Virus record (IMG/VR): IMGVR_UViG_3300023179_000065
Location: 20,467 to 84,466 of that record
Strand: one strand, 5' to 3'
DNA from: a virus
Lineage: Duplodnaviria > Caudoviricetes
Length of the DNA: 64,000 nucleotides
The notes under the pieces are model-generated. The model saw nothing but the letters and a program-made list of their open reading frames with translations, made no database searches and was not told the origin of the DNA. The translations under genes and the position numbers were made by a program. Of this stretch, positions 32,885 through 44,411 are shown one piece after another. Each line of letters opens with the position of its first letter. The first letter of the stretch is position 1.

Positions 32885-34459
32885 ATGCCTTTAGGTTTAA
32901 GAACAACGCTCCGCCGAACTCTAGTTAATGCTGGATCTATTACCTTAAACTCCGGTACAGGTAATCTTACATTACCTTTTGGGGTTGTAAGTATAAGCGG
33001 TACAGGTAGGGGTGGAGCAGGTACTGCAGGTACTGGCGGCACAGGAGGCACAGCAGGCACAGCCGGTTCAGCAGGTAATCCTGGTAGTGCAGGTAACGCA
33101 GGCAACCCTGGTAATAATGGTGCAGGAGGCCCAGGAGGCCCTGGAGGTCCTGCAGGGAACCCGGGTACTGCTGGCAACGCAGGCAATCCAGGGAATGCTG
33201 GTGGCGGTGGCGCTGGTGGTGCTGCAGCATCGTCATCTACTAATTTGCAATATACTATAGGTGGTTATGCGTATTACTATCAAACAGACTCTAAGGGTCG
33301 ACCTGTAATAAACGGATGGGGTAAAGCTGGAGAAACTTCTAACCCAGGCCCTGGCGTATCTACAACCCCATTTAAATGGACATATAGTGACGGTGGGCCT
33401 GGTCTACCTGGAACTGCAGGCAACCCAGGCAGCGATGGATCCGGCGCCGGCGCCGGCGGTGCTGGCGGTGCGGGTTCAAGTGGTGGTAGTGGTAATGCTG
33501 GCACACCAGGCTCAGCTGGCAATGGTGCTGGGTCAGGAGGGCTAGGTAGTGATGGCTCCCCAGGCAATCCTGGCACCTCAGGTAATTCTACCACGTTTAG
33601 CAATTATACTTTTCCTGGCACTACAGGAAATAGTGGCACTAAGGGTAGCAAGGGTACTGATGGCACTGCTGGAAATAATGGTACTGGTGGTAACGGAGGT
33701 ACAGCAGGATCTGCTGGTAACCCAGGAAATTCAGGGTCATCTGGCAACCCAGGTAACAATGGGACAGGTGGATCCGGGGGGTCTGCAGGAACAGGAGGTG
33801 CCGGTGGTGGCGGTGGATATGGATATGTTTTTGGTAGTACTACTGGCCTTTTTGGAGGAGCCGGCGGTGCTGGGGGTAGTGCAGACCCTATTGTAGGTCC
33901 ATCATATAGTGGCGGACCTGGTAATGCAGGTGTTTCAACAGCTACACCAGGTACTGGTAGTGTTGTTGCTGGTAACGGTGGTACTGCATATGGGTTAAAT
34001 ACTTTTGGTGCTGGTGCTATACGAAACGGTAATGGAAACTCTACAGGGGGTGCCGGTACACCAGCTAATTATACATGGGGTGGTGGGTCGGGATCAGGTG
34101 GATCAGCTAGATGGGTAAATACTAATTCTAAAGCTGCTGGTGGTGGGGGCGGAGGTGGTGGTGCCGCATCAGCTTATCCAATTTCTGGTAATCCAGGAAA
34201 TTCTGGTTCCTCTGGTAATACAGGGAGTAGCGGAAATCCAGGTTTCGGAGCTAATCCAGGCAACCCTGGTAATAGCGGAAATCCTGGAGTTGCTGGTAGC
34301 GCCGGCATTCCTGGTACTAAAGGGGCTGATGGTACGATAAGTAGTGTTACTACTTCAAATTGGTCAGGTAAATTTAATTTAAAGCAGAGTGTTCCTTACT
34401 CAGTGGGTAGCGGCCCGGGCGGCGCCGGCCAAATAACTATTACATGGACTAGACAATGA
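32885..34459 (+). CDS. Glycine-rich / Gly-X-Y (GNP, GSA, GTA) collagen-like fibre-tip protein
   Basis: Runs such as GTAGSAGNPGSAGNAGNPGNNG, framed by the glycine-rich-domain termini TLPFGVVSISGTGRGG and GQITITW. Confidence 0.75.
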   Translation: MPLGLRTTLRRTLVNAGSITLNSGTGNLTLPFGVVSISGTGRGGAGTAGTGGTGGTAGTAGSAGNPGSAGNAGNPGNNGAGGPGGPGGPAGNPGTAGNAGNPGNAGGGGAGGAAASSSTNLQYTIGGYAYYYQTDSKGRPVINGWGKAGETSNPGPGVSTTPFKWTYSDGGPGLPGTAGNPGSDGSGAGAGGAGGAGSSGGSGNAGTPGSAGNGAGSGGLGSDGSPGNPGTSGNSTTFSNYTFPGTTGNSGTKGSKGTDGTAGNNGTGGNGGTAGSAGNPGNSGSSGNPGNNGTGGSGGSAGTGGAGGGGGYGYVFGSTTGLFGGAGGAGGSADPIVGPSYSGGPGNAGVSTATPGTGSVVAGNGGTAYGLNTFGAGAIRNGNGNSTGGAGTPANYTWGGGSGSGGSARWVNTNSKAAGGGGGGGGAASAYPISGNPGNSGSSGNTGSSGNPGFGANPGNPGNSGNPGVAGSAGIPGTKGADGTISSVTTSNWSGKFNLKQSVPYSVGSGPGGAGQITITWTRQ

Positions 34460-34719
34460 ATTATACGTTCACATATAAAATTATAAAAGCAGATGTTACT
34501 TCTGGTAATATGCTTGTTAAGTACACCCCGCTTGATGGTGAGTTAACTGCGATTACTCTTAACATCAGTGTTGTTTTTGATGAAAACAACAATCCTATTC
34601 CTTTGGAGCAATTAATAGAAATGTATGCACCACAGGCTCAATGGGCTGCTCAAGCATATATTAAAGATAATTATGAAGATATAGTTAATAAAACTGGAAA
34701 TATAACCCCTACTCTGTGA
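34456..34719 (+). CDS. Hypothetical protein
   Basis: 87-aa ORF coupled by an ATGA overlap. Confidence 0.65.
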   Translation: MNYTFTYKIIKADVTSGNMLVKYTPLDGELTAITLNISVVFDENNNPIPLEQLIEMYAPQAQWAAQAYIKDNYEDIVNKTGNITPTL

Positions 34720-34726
34720 GATTTTT

Positions 34727-35308
34727 ATGAATGATTTTATTGGTGTATATGATGATGTGGTATCCCCAGAATATTGTGATAGTCTTATAAACTATTTTAA
34801 ATGGTGTAAGGATAATAATAGGACTTGGAATAGGGATGAATGCAGTACTCTATCCAAAGAGGATGTTTCTACTACTCTTAATCCTATGAAGCAGACCGAA
34901 ATTAATTTTAGTTATGACAATTTGGGGGGATTCATAGCAGAATTTAATGAAGTGTTTTGGAAAAATTGCTATAAACAGTATACTACAAAGTATGATATTC
35001 TTAATACGTTTAATAATCATACTATTTATTCTTATAAATTACAAGAAACAGAACCGTCTCAAGGGTATCATGTGTGGCATAGCGAGCAAGGATCGCTAGA
35101 ATATAGCAGAAGAATTGCTGCATATATCTTATATTTGAATGATGTTGTAGAAGGCGGTGAGACTGAATTTTTATATTTGAGTAAGCGTATTGCAGCGAAA
35201 AGAGGAAGACTAGTTATATTTCCTGCAGGTTATACTCACACTCATCGTGGCAATCCTCCCTTATCTGGCACAAAATATATTATGACCGGGTGGGTGGAGT
35301 ATTCATAA
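34727..35308 (+). CDS. 2OG-Fe(II) oxygenase (prolyl-4-hydroxylase-like)
   Basis: GYHVWHSE (HxE), ILYLNDVVEGGETEF and FPAGYTHTHRGNPPLSGTKYI. Confidence 0.92.
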   Translation: MNDFIGVYDDVVSPEYCDSLINYFKWCKDNNRTWNRDECSTLSKEDVSTTLNPMKQTEINFSYDNLGGFIAEFNEVFWKNCYKQYTTKYDILNTFNNHTIYSYKLQETEPSQGYHVWHSEQGSLEYSRRIAAYILYLNDVVEGGETEFLYLSKRIAAKRGRLVIFPAGYTHTHRGNPPLSGTKYIMTGWVEYS

Positions 35309-35907
35309 TGTCTCTTTATAGCTTCTTACCGTCATCAGCTAGAAAAACTGCATATGAGCCATTTATTACATGGAGAGAAGCTTTTGATGCAAGACAGGTC
35401 TCAGATATAATTAACATGTGCGAAAAGCTTCCCGCATCAGATGGTATTGTGGGAGGACTTAAAGGTGATGTTAATACTCAAATTAGAGTTTCAAAAACTG
35501 CGTGGTTAGACAATTCAGAGCCTCATCAGTGGATATATGAAAAAATGGCTTTTCTAGCCAGAAGTATTAATAGTGATTTTTACAGATTTAATCTTTATGG
35601 GTTTGTAGAGGATATGCAGTATACGATATATACTGGAGACGAGGAAAGCCATTATACCTGGCATATAGACGCTGGTAAAAATACTGATTGTGCTAGAAAG
35701 CTTTCTTTGGTATTGCAGCTTTCAGATCCTGAAGAGTACGAGGGTGGCGATTTAGAAATATTAACTGGTCCGGAACCTCTTACTGTAGATAAAGAAAAAG
35801 GAATGCTGGCTGCTTTTCCTAGTTATGTCCTGCATAGAGTGACGCCGGTAACAAAAGGAATAAGAAGATCTTTGGTAGTATGGGTTGCAGGACCTGACTT
35901 TATATAG
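35308..35907 (+). CDS. 2OG-Fe(II) oxygenase (PKHD/P4Hc-type)
   Basis: HYTWHID (HxD), RKLSLVLQLSDPEEYEGGDL and FPSYVLHRVTPVTKGIRRSLVVW. Start set to ATG 35308 (TAATG overlap). Confidence 0.92.
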   Translation: MSLYSFLPSSARKTAYEPFITWREAFDARQVSDIINMCEKLPASDGIVGGLKGDVNTQIRVSKTAWLDNSEPHQWIYEKMAFLARSINSDFYRFNLYGFVEDMQYTIYTGDEESHYTWHIDAGKNTDCARKLSLVLQLSDPEEYEGGDLEILTGPEPLTVDKEKGMLAAFPSYVLHRVTPVTKGIRRSLVVWVAGPDFI

Positions 35908-35910
35908 TCT

Positions 35911-35918
35911 TATAAATA
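35911..35918 (+). promoter_or_regulatory. T4-type late promoter TATAAATA
   Basis: Exact consensus in the intergenic gap, 22 nt before ATG 35941. Confidence 0.75.
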
Positions 35919-35940
35919 AGAAAAACAACACTCTACCATC

Positions 35941-36270
35941 ATGGCCACTAAAGCAAATCTTATAATAGATCAGGGAGCATCGTACAGCACCAATATCGAT
36001 ATTCTCGATGAATATGGTATTGCTATAGATTTGACTAGTTATACCGGTGCTGCTCAGATGAGAAAGCACTATACGTCATCTAACTCGGTTAGTTTTAGCG
36101 TAGATTTAGGTGGTGCTGACGGCACGGTTACATTATCGTTATCTGCAAATGCTACTGCTAATATAGCATCTGGTAGATATGTTTATGACGTAGAATTAAC
36201 ATCCAGCTCTGGTGAAGTCTCTAGAGTACTAGAAGGTATAGTTACAGTAACCCCTAACGTTACGAGATAA
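35941..36270 (+). CDS. Small virion structural protein (BppU/Ig-like fibre adaptor)
   Basis: ANLIIDQGAS...DLTSYT..AQMRKHY...LSLSA..T....GRYVYDVEL...RVLEGIVTVTPNVTR. Confidence 0.8.
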   Translation: MATKANLIIDQGASYSTNIDILDEYGIAIDLTSYTGAAQMRKHYTSSNSVSFSVDLGGADGTVTLSLSANATANIASGRYVYDVELTSSSGEVSRVLEGIVTVTPNVTR

Positions 36271-36271
36271 T

Positions 36272-36508
36272 ATGACTAGCAATATTAAAGCTGTAGTTAA
36301 GCAGAACAACCAGCTTCTAACGCAGCAATCAACACTTACTTTAAAAAACACGCTTAAAGACCAAATTACCATTCGCGAATTAGCTAACGTTGTAGAGGGA
36401 ACTCCACAAGACGGTGATGCAATAGTTTACAATTCAAGTTTAAATAAATATGAGGTAAAACCGGTTACAACAATTTCAATATCAGGATTGGACGGGGGAA
36501 CCTTCTAA
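36272..36508 (+). CDS. Small fibre-linker protein
   Basis: LANVVEGTPQDGDAIVYNSSLNKY motif; ends LDGGTF. Confidence 0.7.
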   Translation: MTSNIKAVVKQNNQLLTQQSTLTLKNTLKDQITIRELANVVEGTPQDGDAIVYNSSLNKYEVKPVTTISISGLDGGTF

Positions 36509-38509
36509 ATGTCAAATACAATCATTCAAATTAGACGCAGTACTGAAACTGCAGTACCTAGTAATTTACAGCCAGGTGAATTAGCCTATACATCGAATGG
36601 TGAGGTATTATTTATTGGTAGTGTGTTAGGCACAGACACCGCTAACGTTGTTGCGATTGCTGGTAAAAGAACTCCTGGTACCCTTACTGCCAATCAAGCA
36701 ATAGTAACGAACCCTAACAATTTTGTTGATGTATTAAAGACAAATAAGTTAGTGATTGGAGCTGATGGATCTACTTCTAATATAGATCTTATTACTACAG
36801 ATTCTACCATAACTGGCGCTAACGATAGTGGCACTGCTATATTATCTGCCAATGCTGTAAAACAATATGTGTCTAACTATGTGGCAGCTTCAGGCTTTTA
36901 TGGACTGAACACATCCAACGGTACTTCAAATAATTCATTACAGTCAAACAGTACTGCCCAAGATACACTAACAATTCAAGGGACCAGCAATGAGGTAGAG
37001 GTTGGGCTTTCTGGTGATACGTTTACAATTGGATTGCCTGACAGCGTAACAATTACTAATGTATTAACAACCAACACTGCAAACGTAACCGATAATACAG
37101 CTAGCTCTAATACTACTACTGGAGCATTAAAAGTTGCTGGAGGTTTGGGTGTTGTTGGTAGAATTAATTCTGCAGAACTAGCTGTAGGAAATACAACAGT
37201 ATATACATCTGTTAATGGCACAATAGTAAGTACAGAAAGTGTTCTAGCTACTAATACAGTTAATGCAGCAGTATTGAGCGTTGGTACTTGGGTAGTAGCA
37301 AACAATTCTGGTTTGTATACGACAGGAGTTGTAGATACAAACGTACTAAAGATAACCGGGTCTGGCATAACATATTTACAAGGAAACACAACACAAATTA
37401 CGGTTGCCAATGGTGTTGCTCTATCGGTTAATGGGTCGGTAGGTACAGCTAACCAAGTACTAGCATCGAATGGCTCTGGATTGTATTGGAGAGGGATTGA
37501 TGCTGATATTACCGAAGTTGTCGCCGGGGATGGTCTTACAGGTGGTGGTTCTGATGGAAGCGTAACACTTGATGTAGGAGCAGGTAACGGTATATCGGTT
37601 AACGCTAGCGCTGTTTCAGTTAATGCTAATGATGGTATTGTTGCAAATTCCTCTGGTGTTTTTGTTAGAGCAGGTACTGGTGTTACTGTTAATGCCACTG
37701 GCGTGCACATTGGTCAGGATGTCAGTACAACAAGCAACGTTACTTTCAGCTCTATAAATGTTACAGGCAACGTTGTACTGGGTAGTGATTCATCCGATGT
37801 TGTAGCTATTAATGGGCTAGTTAACACCAACATAATACCTTCGGCTAACGTTACATATAACCTTGGCTCGTCGGACTTAAACTTTTCTACTGTATATGCA
37901 AATACCATACTTGCTAAGTATGCAACGTTTGATCATAACGTATCTATTGCAGGTAACCTATCTGTTACTGGTACACTTGTTACAATTAACGTTGAAAACT
38001 TATCGGTATCAGATTCTCTAATTCAACTAGCATCTAACAACACATCGTCTGACGTATTAGATCTAGGGTTTTACGGTAACTATAACAACACCGGTGGCGC
38101 GCATCAACACGCTGGTCTGTTTAGAGATGCATCGGACGGTGTATTCAAGCTTTTTGATAGTTTAACAGCTGCTCCTGGTACTACTATTGATACATCAAAC
38201 GCAACTTTCAATATTTCAACCTTAGTTGCTTACCTTTCGTCAGGCGGTTTAACAACCAATTCTACTTCTGTAGCTATAACCGCTAACGGGTCAGTTAATG
38301 TATCAATTGTAGCTAATACATTAAGCCTATCAACCGCATTAGCAGGCAATAGCGGTGGTACAGGACTTAACAGCTATACAGCAGAAGATATACTAGTTGC
38401 TAATTCAACTAACGGATTTAGAACTTTAGGGATAGGCACGAACGGATATGTTTTACAATCCAATGGCACAGCATTGGTGTACGCTTCATTAGACGGTGGC
38501 AGTTTCTAA
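36509..38509 (+). CDS. Tail fibre protein with Mtd-N-like N-terminus
   Basis: IQIRRS....PSNLQPGELAY, TGALKVAGGLGV, GNLSVTGT, DLGFYG.Y...HAGLFRDASDG; ends LDGGSF. Confidence 0.8.
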   Translation: MSNTIIQIRRSTETAVPSNLQPGELAYTSNGEVLFIGSVLGTDTANVVAIAGKRTPGTLTANQAIVTNPNNFVDVLKTNKLVIGADGSTSNIDLITTDSTITGANDSGTAILSANAVKQYVSNYVAASGFYGLNTSNGTSNNSLQSNSTAQDTLTIQGTSNEVEVGLSGDTFTIGLPDSVTITNVLTTNTANVTDNTASSNTTTGALKVAGGLGVVGRINSAELAVGNTTVYTSVNGTIVSTESVLATNTVNAAVLSVGTWVVANNSGLYTTGVVDTNVLKITGSGITYLQGNTTQITVANGVALSVNGSVGTANQVLASNGSGLYWRGIDADITEVVAGDGLTGGGSDGSVTLDVGAGNGISVNASAVSVNANDGIVANSSGVFVRAGTGVTVNATGVHIGQDVSTTSNVTFSSINVTGNVVLGSDSSDVVAINGLVNTNIIPSANVTYNLGSSDLNFSTVYANTILAKYATFDHNVSIAGNLSVTGTLVTINVENLSVSDSLIQLASNNTSSDVLDLGFYGNYNNTGGAHQHAGLFRDASDGVFKLFDSLTAAPGTTIDTSNATFNISTLVAYLSSGGLTTNSTSVAITANGSVNVSIVANTLSLSTALAGNSGGTGLNSYTAEDILVANSTNGFRTLGIGTNGYVLQSNGTALVYASLDGGSF

Positions 38510-38511
38510 TA

Positions 38512-38703
38512 ATGGAAGTTGATTTTGTTAATGCCTACATAAACAGGCAGAAGCAGTATATTGAAGATTTAACAAATAAACTTATACTGGCGGAAGCTAA
38601 GATCGTTACTTTAGAAAAAACAATTAACGATCTTAGCAATAAAATAGTTGATTATGAAAGCAAGACGGTGAAGCCAAGTGAAAATAGTCGTACTAAATCT
38701 TGA
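38512..38703 (+). CDS. Small coiled-coil protein
   Basis: 63 aa with a heptad pattern (YIEDLTNKLILAEAKIVTLEKTINDL). Confidence 0.65.
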   Translation: MEVDFVNAYINRQKQYIEDLTNKLILAEAKIVTLEKTINDLSNKIVDYESKTVKPSENSRTKS

Positions 38704-40642
38704 TACAAGAAAAGACAGATTAGATTTTATTTCAGAGCAGCTTAGCGAGTACGAATGGACCAGATTACCGGCCATAAATGGTCACTCGTTAAGCTTATCT
38801 AATATAAGAGCATTAGGGTTTAAGCCTTACCTTAGGTGGCAGGACCCAATGCTACATCGCCACGCAACTATAACAGAAGTTGCAACCAGCATATCGCATT
38901 ATAACGCGTGGATGCTTTGTGCTGAGCTCAATCACAACCTATTGATTCTTGAAGATGATTCAAGACTAGTAGGACATATTGACTCGAAAGAAATCGATAG
39001 ACTGCTAGAAACACATGATATAGTTTATCTGGATCACAAAGAAATGTTTCCAGGTCATGTGCAGAATATAGACGATAAATTTATACGGCCATATTATCCT
39101 TATTGGAATAATGCTTACGCTATAAGCCCAAGACTTGCTAAGAAGCTAGTTAATTCCAAATTTAAGGAAAACATTATACCAGTTGATGAGTTCTTTCCGC
39201 TAATTAGTGGTGTCAACTATCTACACACCTGTCTGTCAGACAAGCCAGGCATACTTAATAATTTTACTGCATTAGTAGATATTTTCAAAGATCTTATACC
39301 TACTAACCCTATAGCCTATAAAACTAGTATATTTAATCAAGTATCTAGATCGGTACTTGGCTCTGATATTGAAAGTGGAGAATCCATAATGACTCAAGAA
39401 GCAATCGTTGTCACCGTTGCTACGGACCCTGAAAAATACAAATACCTTAGTAAGTCAAGTACATCTAAAGAGGTACCGATTATAAACATCGGTGCTGGTG
39501 TAGAATGGAAGGGCGGTACAATGCAAGGGCCAGGCGGTGGTCAAAAGATTAATTTAGTTAAAGATTATCTTAAGAGCATTGACGGTAATAAGATTATATT
39601 GTTCTGCGATGGTCATGATGTCATTATCAATGACTCGTTAGAGACTATCGTGAATAGATTCTTAGGGTTTGAATGTGATGTGCTTTTTGCAGCTGAAAAG
39701 ATCTGCTGGCCTGATCGTTCCATGGAACAGTACTTTACTGAATCACATACCGCATACATGTATCTAAACAGCGGCGTATACATTGGTTATAAGGACTCTA
39801 TCCTTTCCATCATAGATGATTATATACAGGATTCGGATGATGATCAACTATTTTTACAGAAGAAGTACGTAGAGAATAAGAGTGCTAATAAGATTAATAT
39901 CAAATTAGATTATGAGAATTATATCTTTCAATGCCTAAGCTCTATTGAAGACGATTTAGTATTAAAGCCAACAAAGCAATTTGTTAATATTGCTACTAGA
40001 TGCTGCCCATGCATCTTACATGGTAATGGTGGACCAAATGATAAGATTGTTTTTAAAAACATCTTCCAGCAGCTCTATCCAGATAATATAGAATTTATTG
40101 ATGCTACAGAGCTTACAGTAGTAGCACCAGACATTCTTGAGATGGATTTTCTTACCCCTGAGATGTGCAAGAAAATTATTGATATGGCTGAGGCTCATGG
40201 CAAGTGGGAATCAATGTATGGCGATAAGTTTCCAGGACAAGAACTTAGAATCCGTGAATTTAGCATGGAGCTTTGGAATGCTTTAGAGAAACATTTTAAA
40301 GAATCTATAAACCCTGTAATAGAAAAATACTGGTTCCCACTACTAATGAACGGTTTGCGTGACGCATTCATTATTAAGTATTCACCTGAAACACAAAAAA
40401 GTCTGAACTGTCATCACGATGCCTCTCTTGTTTCAGGTAATGTTAAATTAAACGATGACTATGAAGGCGGCGATACCTACTTTTATAGACAAAACTTTTC
40501 TAATATAAATACTCAAATAGGTAAAATTATTTTATGGCCTGGCCAAGTGACACATGGACACGAAGGTCGAGAAGTAACCAAAGGCACTAAATATAATCTA
40601 GTAATATGGACAAGTAGAAAGCAGGGCGACATTAATTATTAA
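38678..40642 (+). CDS. Three-domain GT25 glycosyltransferase / PLOD-type glycosyltransferase / lysyl-hydroxylase-like 2OG-Fe(II) oxygenase
   Basis: GTG start. aa ~1-230: LNLDTRKDR, E.A..ISH..AW, LILEDD (GT25). aa ~240-460: TVAT, GGGQKI, FCDGHD, FAAE..CWP, YLNSG..IG, DDDQLF, LD....IFQ, HGNG (GT domain of PLOD/LH3). aa ~480-654: HHDAS, YEGG.TYF, PGQVTHGHEG (LH domain). Confidence 0.9.
   Translation: MKIVVLNLDTRKDRLDFISEQLSEYEWTRLPAINGHSLSLSNIRALGFKPYLRWQDPMLHRHATITEVATSISHYNAWMLCAELNHNLLILEDDSRLVGHIDSKEIDRLLETHDIVYLDHKEMFPGHVQNIDDKFIRPYYPYWNNAYAISPRLAKKLVNSKFKENIIPVDEFFPLISGVNYLHTCLSDKPGILNNFTALVDIFKDLIPTNPIAYKTSIFNQVSRSVLGSDIESGESIMTQEAIVVTVATDPEKYKYLSKSSTSKEVPIINIGAGVEWKGGTMQGPGGGQKINLVKDYLKSIDGNKIILFCDGHDVIINDSLETIVNRFLGFECDVLFAAEKICWPDRSMEQYFTESHTAYMYLNSGVYIGYKDSILSIIDDYIQDSDDDQLFLQKKYVENKSANKINIKLDYENYIFQCLSSIEDDLVLKPTKQFVNIATRCCPCILHGNGGPNDKIVFKNIFQQLYPDNIEFIDATELTVVAPDILEMDFLTPEMCKKIIDMAEAHGKWESMYGDKFPGQELRIREFSMELWNALEKHFKESINPVIEKYWFPLLMNGLRDAFIIKYSPETQKSLNCHHDASLVSGNVKLNDDYEGGDTYFYRQNFSNINTQIGKIILWPGQVTHGHEGREVTKGTKYNLVIWTSRKQGDINY
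40504..40511 (+). promoter_or_regulatory. Possible late promoter TATAAATA inside the PLOD-like gene
   Basis: Exact consensus ~160 nt upstream of the collagen gene; could be chance in AT-rich DNA. Confidence 0.35.
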
Positions 40643-40658
40643 CACTGTATATACAGTG
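40643..40658. promoter_or_regulatory. Perfect 16-bp palindrome CACTGTATATACAGTG before the collagen gene RBS
   Basis: Self-complementary; fills most of the gap between the stop at 40642 and the GGAG/ATG 40672. Confidence 0.5.
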
Positions 40659-40671
40659 ATTACGGAGCCAA

Positions 40672-43106
<2,435 letters not shown>

Positions 43107-43107
<1 letters not shown>

Positions 43108-44402
43108 TGTCATTTGGAGTATTTCAGTTTAGAAGAGGCAGCGCCTCAGATTGGTCAACTGCTAATACAGTACTAGCAGCCGGTGAGCTTGGTATTGAAA
43201 CAAATACTAGCCTGTTTAAAATTGGTGATGGTTCTACTGCCTGGACAGATCTACCTTATGGTGGTATACAAGGTATTAAAGGTGATAAGGGTTACGGAGA
43301 CAAAGGCGAAAAAGGTGATGTAGGGCCTAAAGGTGATATCGGCAACAAAGGCGACAAAGGTGATACCGGTAATAAGGGTGACACCGGCCTAACCGCAACT
43401 CTTCTCTATGAAGAGTTTACAGCTACTAGCGATCAAACTACTTTCTATCCTTCTACATTCACAGCAAACACCGGCGGTGTACGAGTATTTTATAATGGTG
43501 TTTTATTAAGCAATACTGAGTACACATCAAACACAACTGCAATTGTTCTTTCTTCCGGTGCAACTGCTAGTGACTTGGTTGCTGTATACGGCTACGATCG
43601 AATAAGTCCTAAAGGTGATAAGGGCGAGACACCTGCTGTAAGCAACTTTAATTTTACAGCAGCAAACAATCAATCGGTATTTACATTATCAGGTATTACT
43701 ACTCTAGGTAATATACTTGTTCACTTAAATGGTATCTTCCTTTCTAATACAGAATATACCGCAAACACTTCAAGAGTAACTCTCAACTTACCTGCAGCAA
43801 ATAACGATGTACTTGACGTAGTAATATTTGATAGTGCAGGTGTTAAAGGGGAAAAAGGTAGCAATGCAGCAGGTCCATGGTTTGAGAATATTAGATTTGT
43901 TACCACCGACAGCACTATCACAAACACAGCTATTTCATTCACAGAAGGAATCGCGCCTTTACAGGTAAACAACTACACTACGATTACAGTTGATCGTGCT
44001 GCTACGTGGACAGTTGCAGATAATCTAGCAGTAGATTATACTAAAGGCTTACCAAATTATGTTGTAGATAATCTTTCTAATGTATTTGACGGGCAGACAA
44101 GATCGTTTAACCTAACATCAAATGGTGTTTCTATAACGCCATTTAACGGTGCAAGCTTAGATTTATATATAAACGGAACTAAGCAATTGCCGGCTAGATA
44201 TATAAATGATTACTACAATTTACCAGAAGTTTCAGTGTTTAGTTCGGGATACTATGTTAATGGGTCTACTTTATATCTGTCCTCAGCGCCCACATTTGGG
44301 ACCGCTTTCTATTGCACAGCCAAAGTAGCTGACACTGTGATAAACTTTAACAATTACCAAAAACAAACACCATTTAAACCATTAAGTATAATGCTTGATT
44401 AA
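43107..44402 (+). CDS. Fibre protein with Mtd-N-like domain and short collagen segment
   Basis: FQFRRGSASDWSTANTVLAAGELGIETNTSLFKIGDGSTAWTDLPY, GDKG repeats, FTAT..QT.F modules and DNLSNVFDGQTRSFNLT. Confidence 0.85.
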
Positions 44403-44411
44403 GAGGACAAC

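Noticed and set aside
32878-33603. Pro-rich, collagen-looking minus-strand ORFs
   Set aside because: Reverse complement of GGN-rich codons of 32885.
38678-40642. Eukaryotic or giant-virus contamination suggested by the PLOD-like gene
   Set aside because: The gene overlaps its phage neighbour, has similar composition and no introns, and lies within a continuous T4-like operon.
40643-40658. LexA SOS box
   Set aside because: Spacing is CTG-N6-CAG, not the CTG-N10-CAG required for the E. coli-type box.
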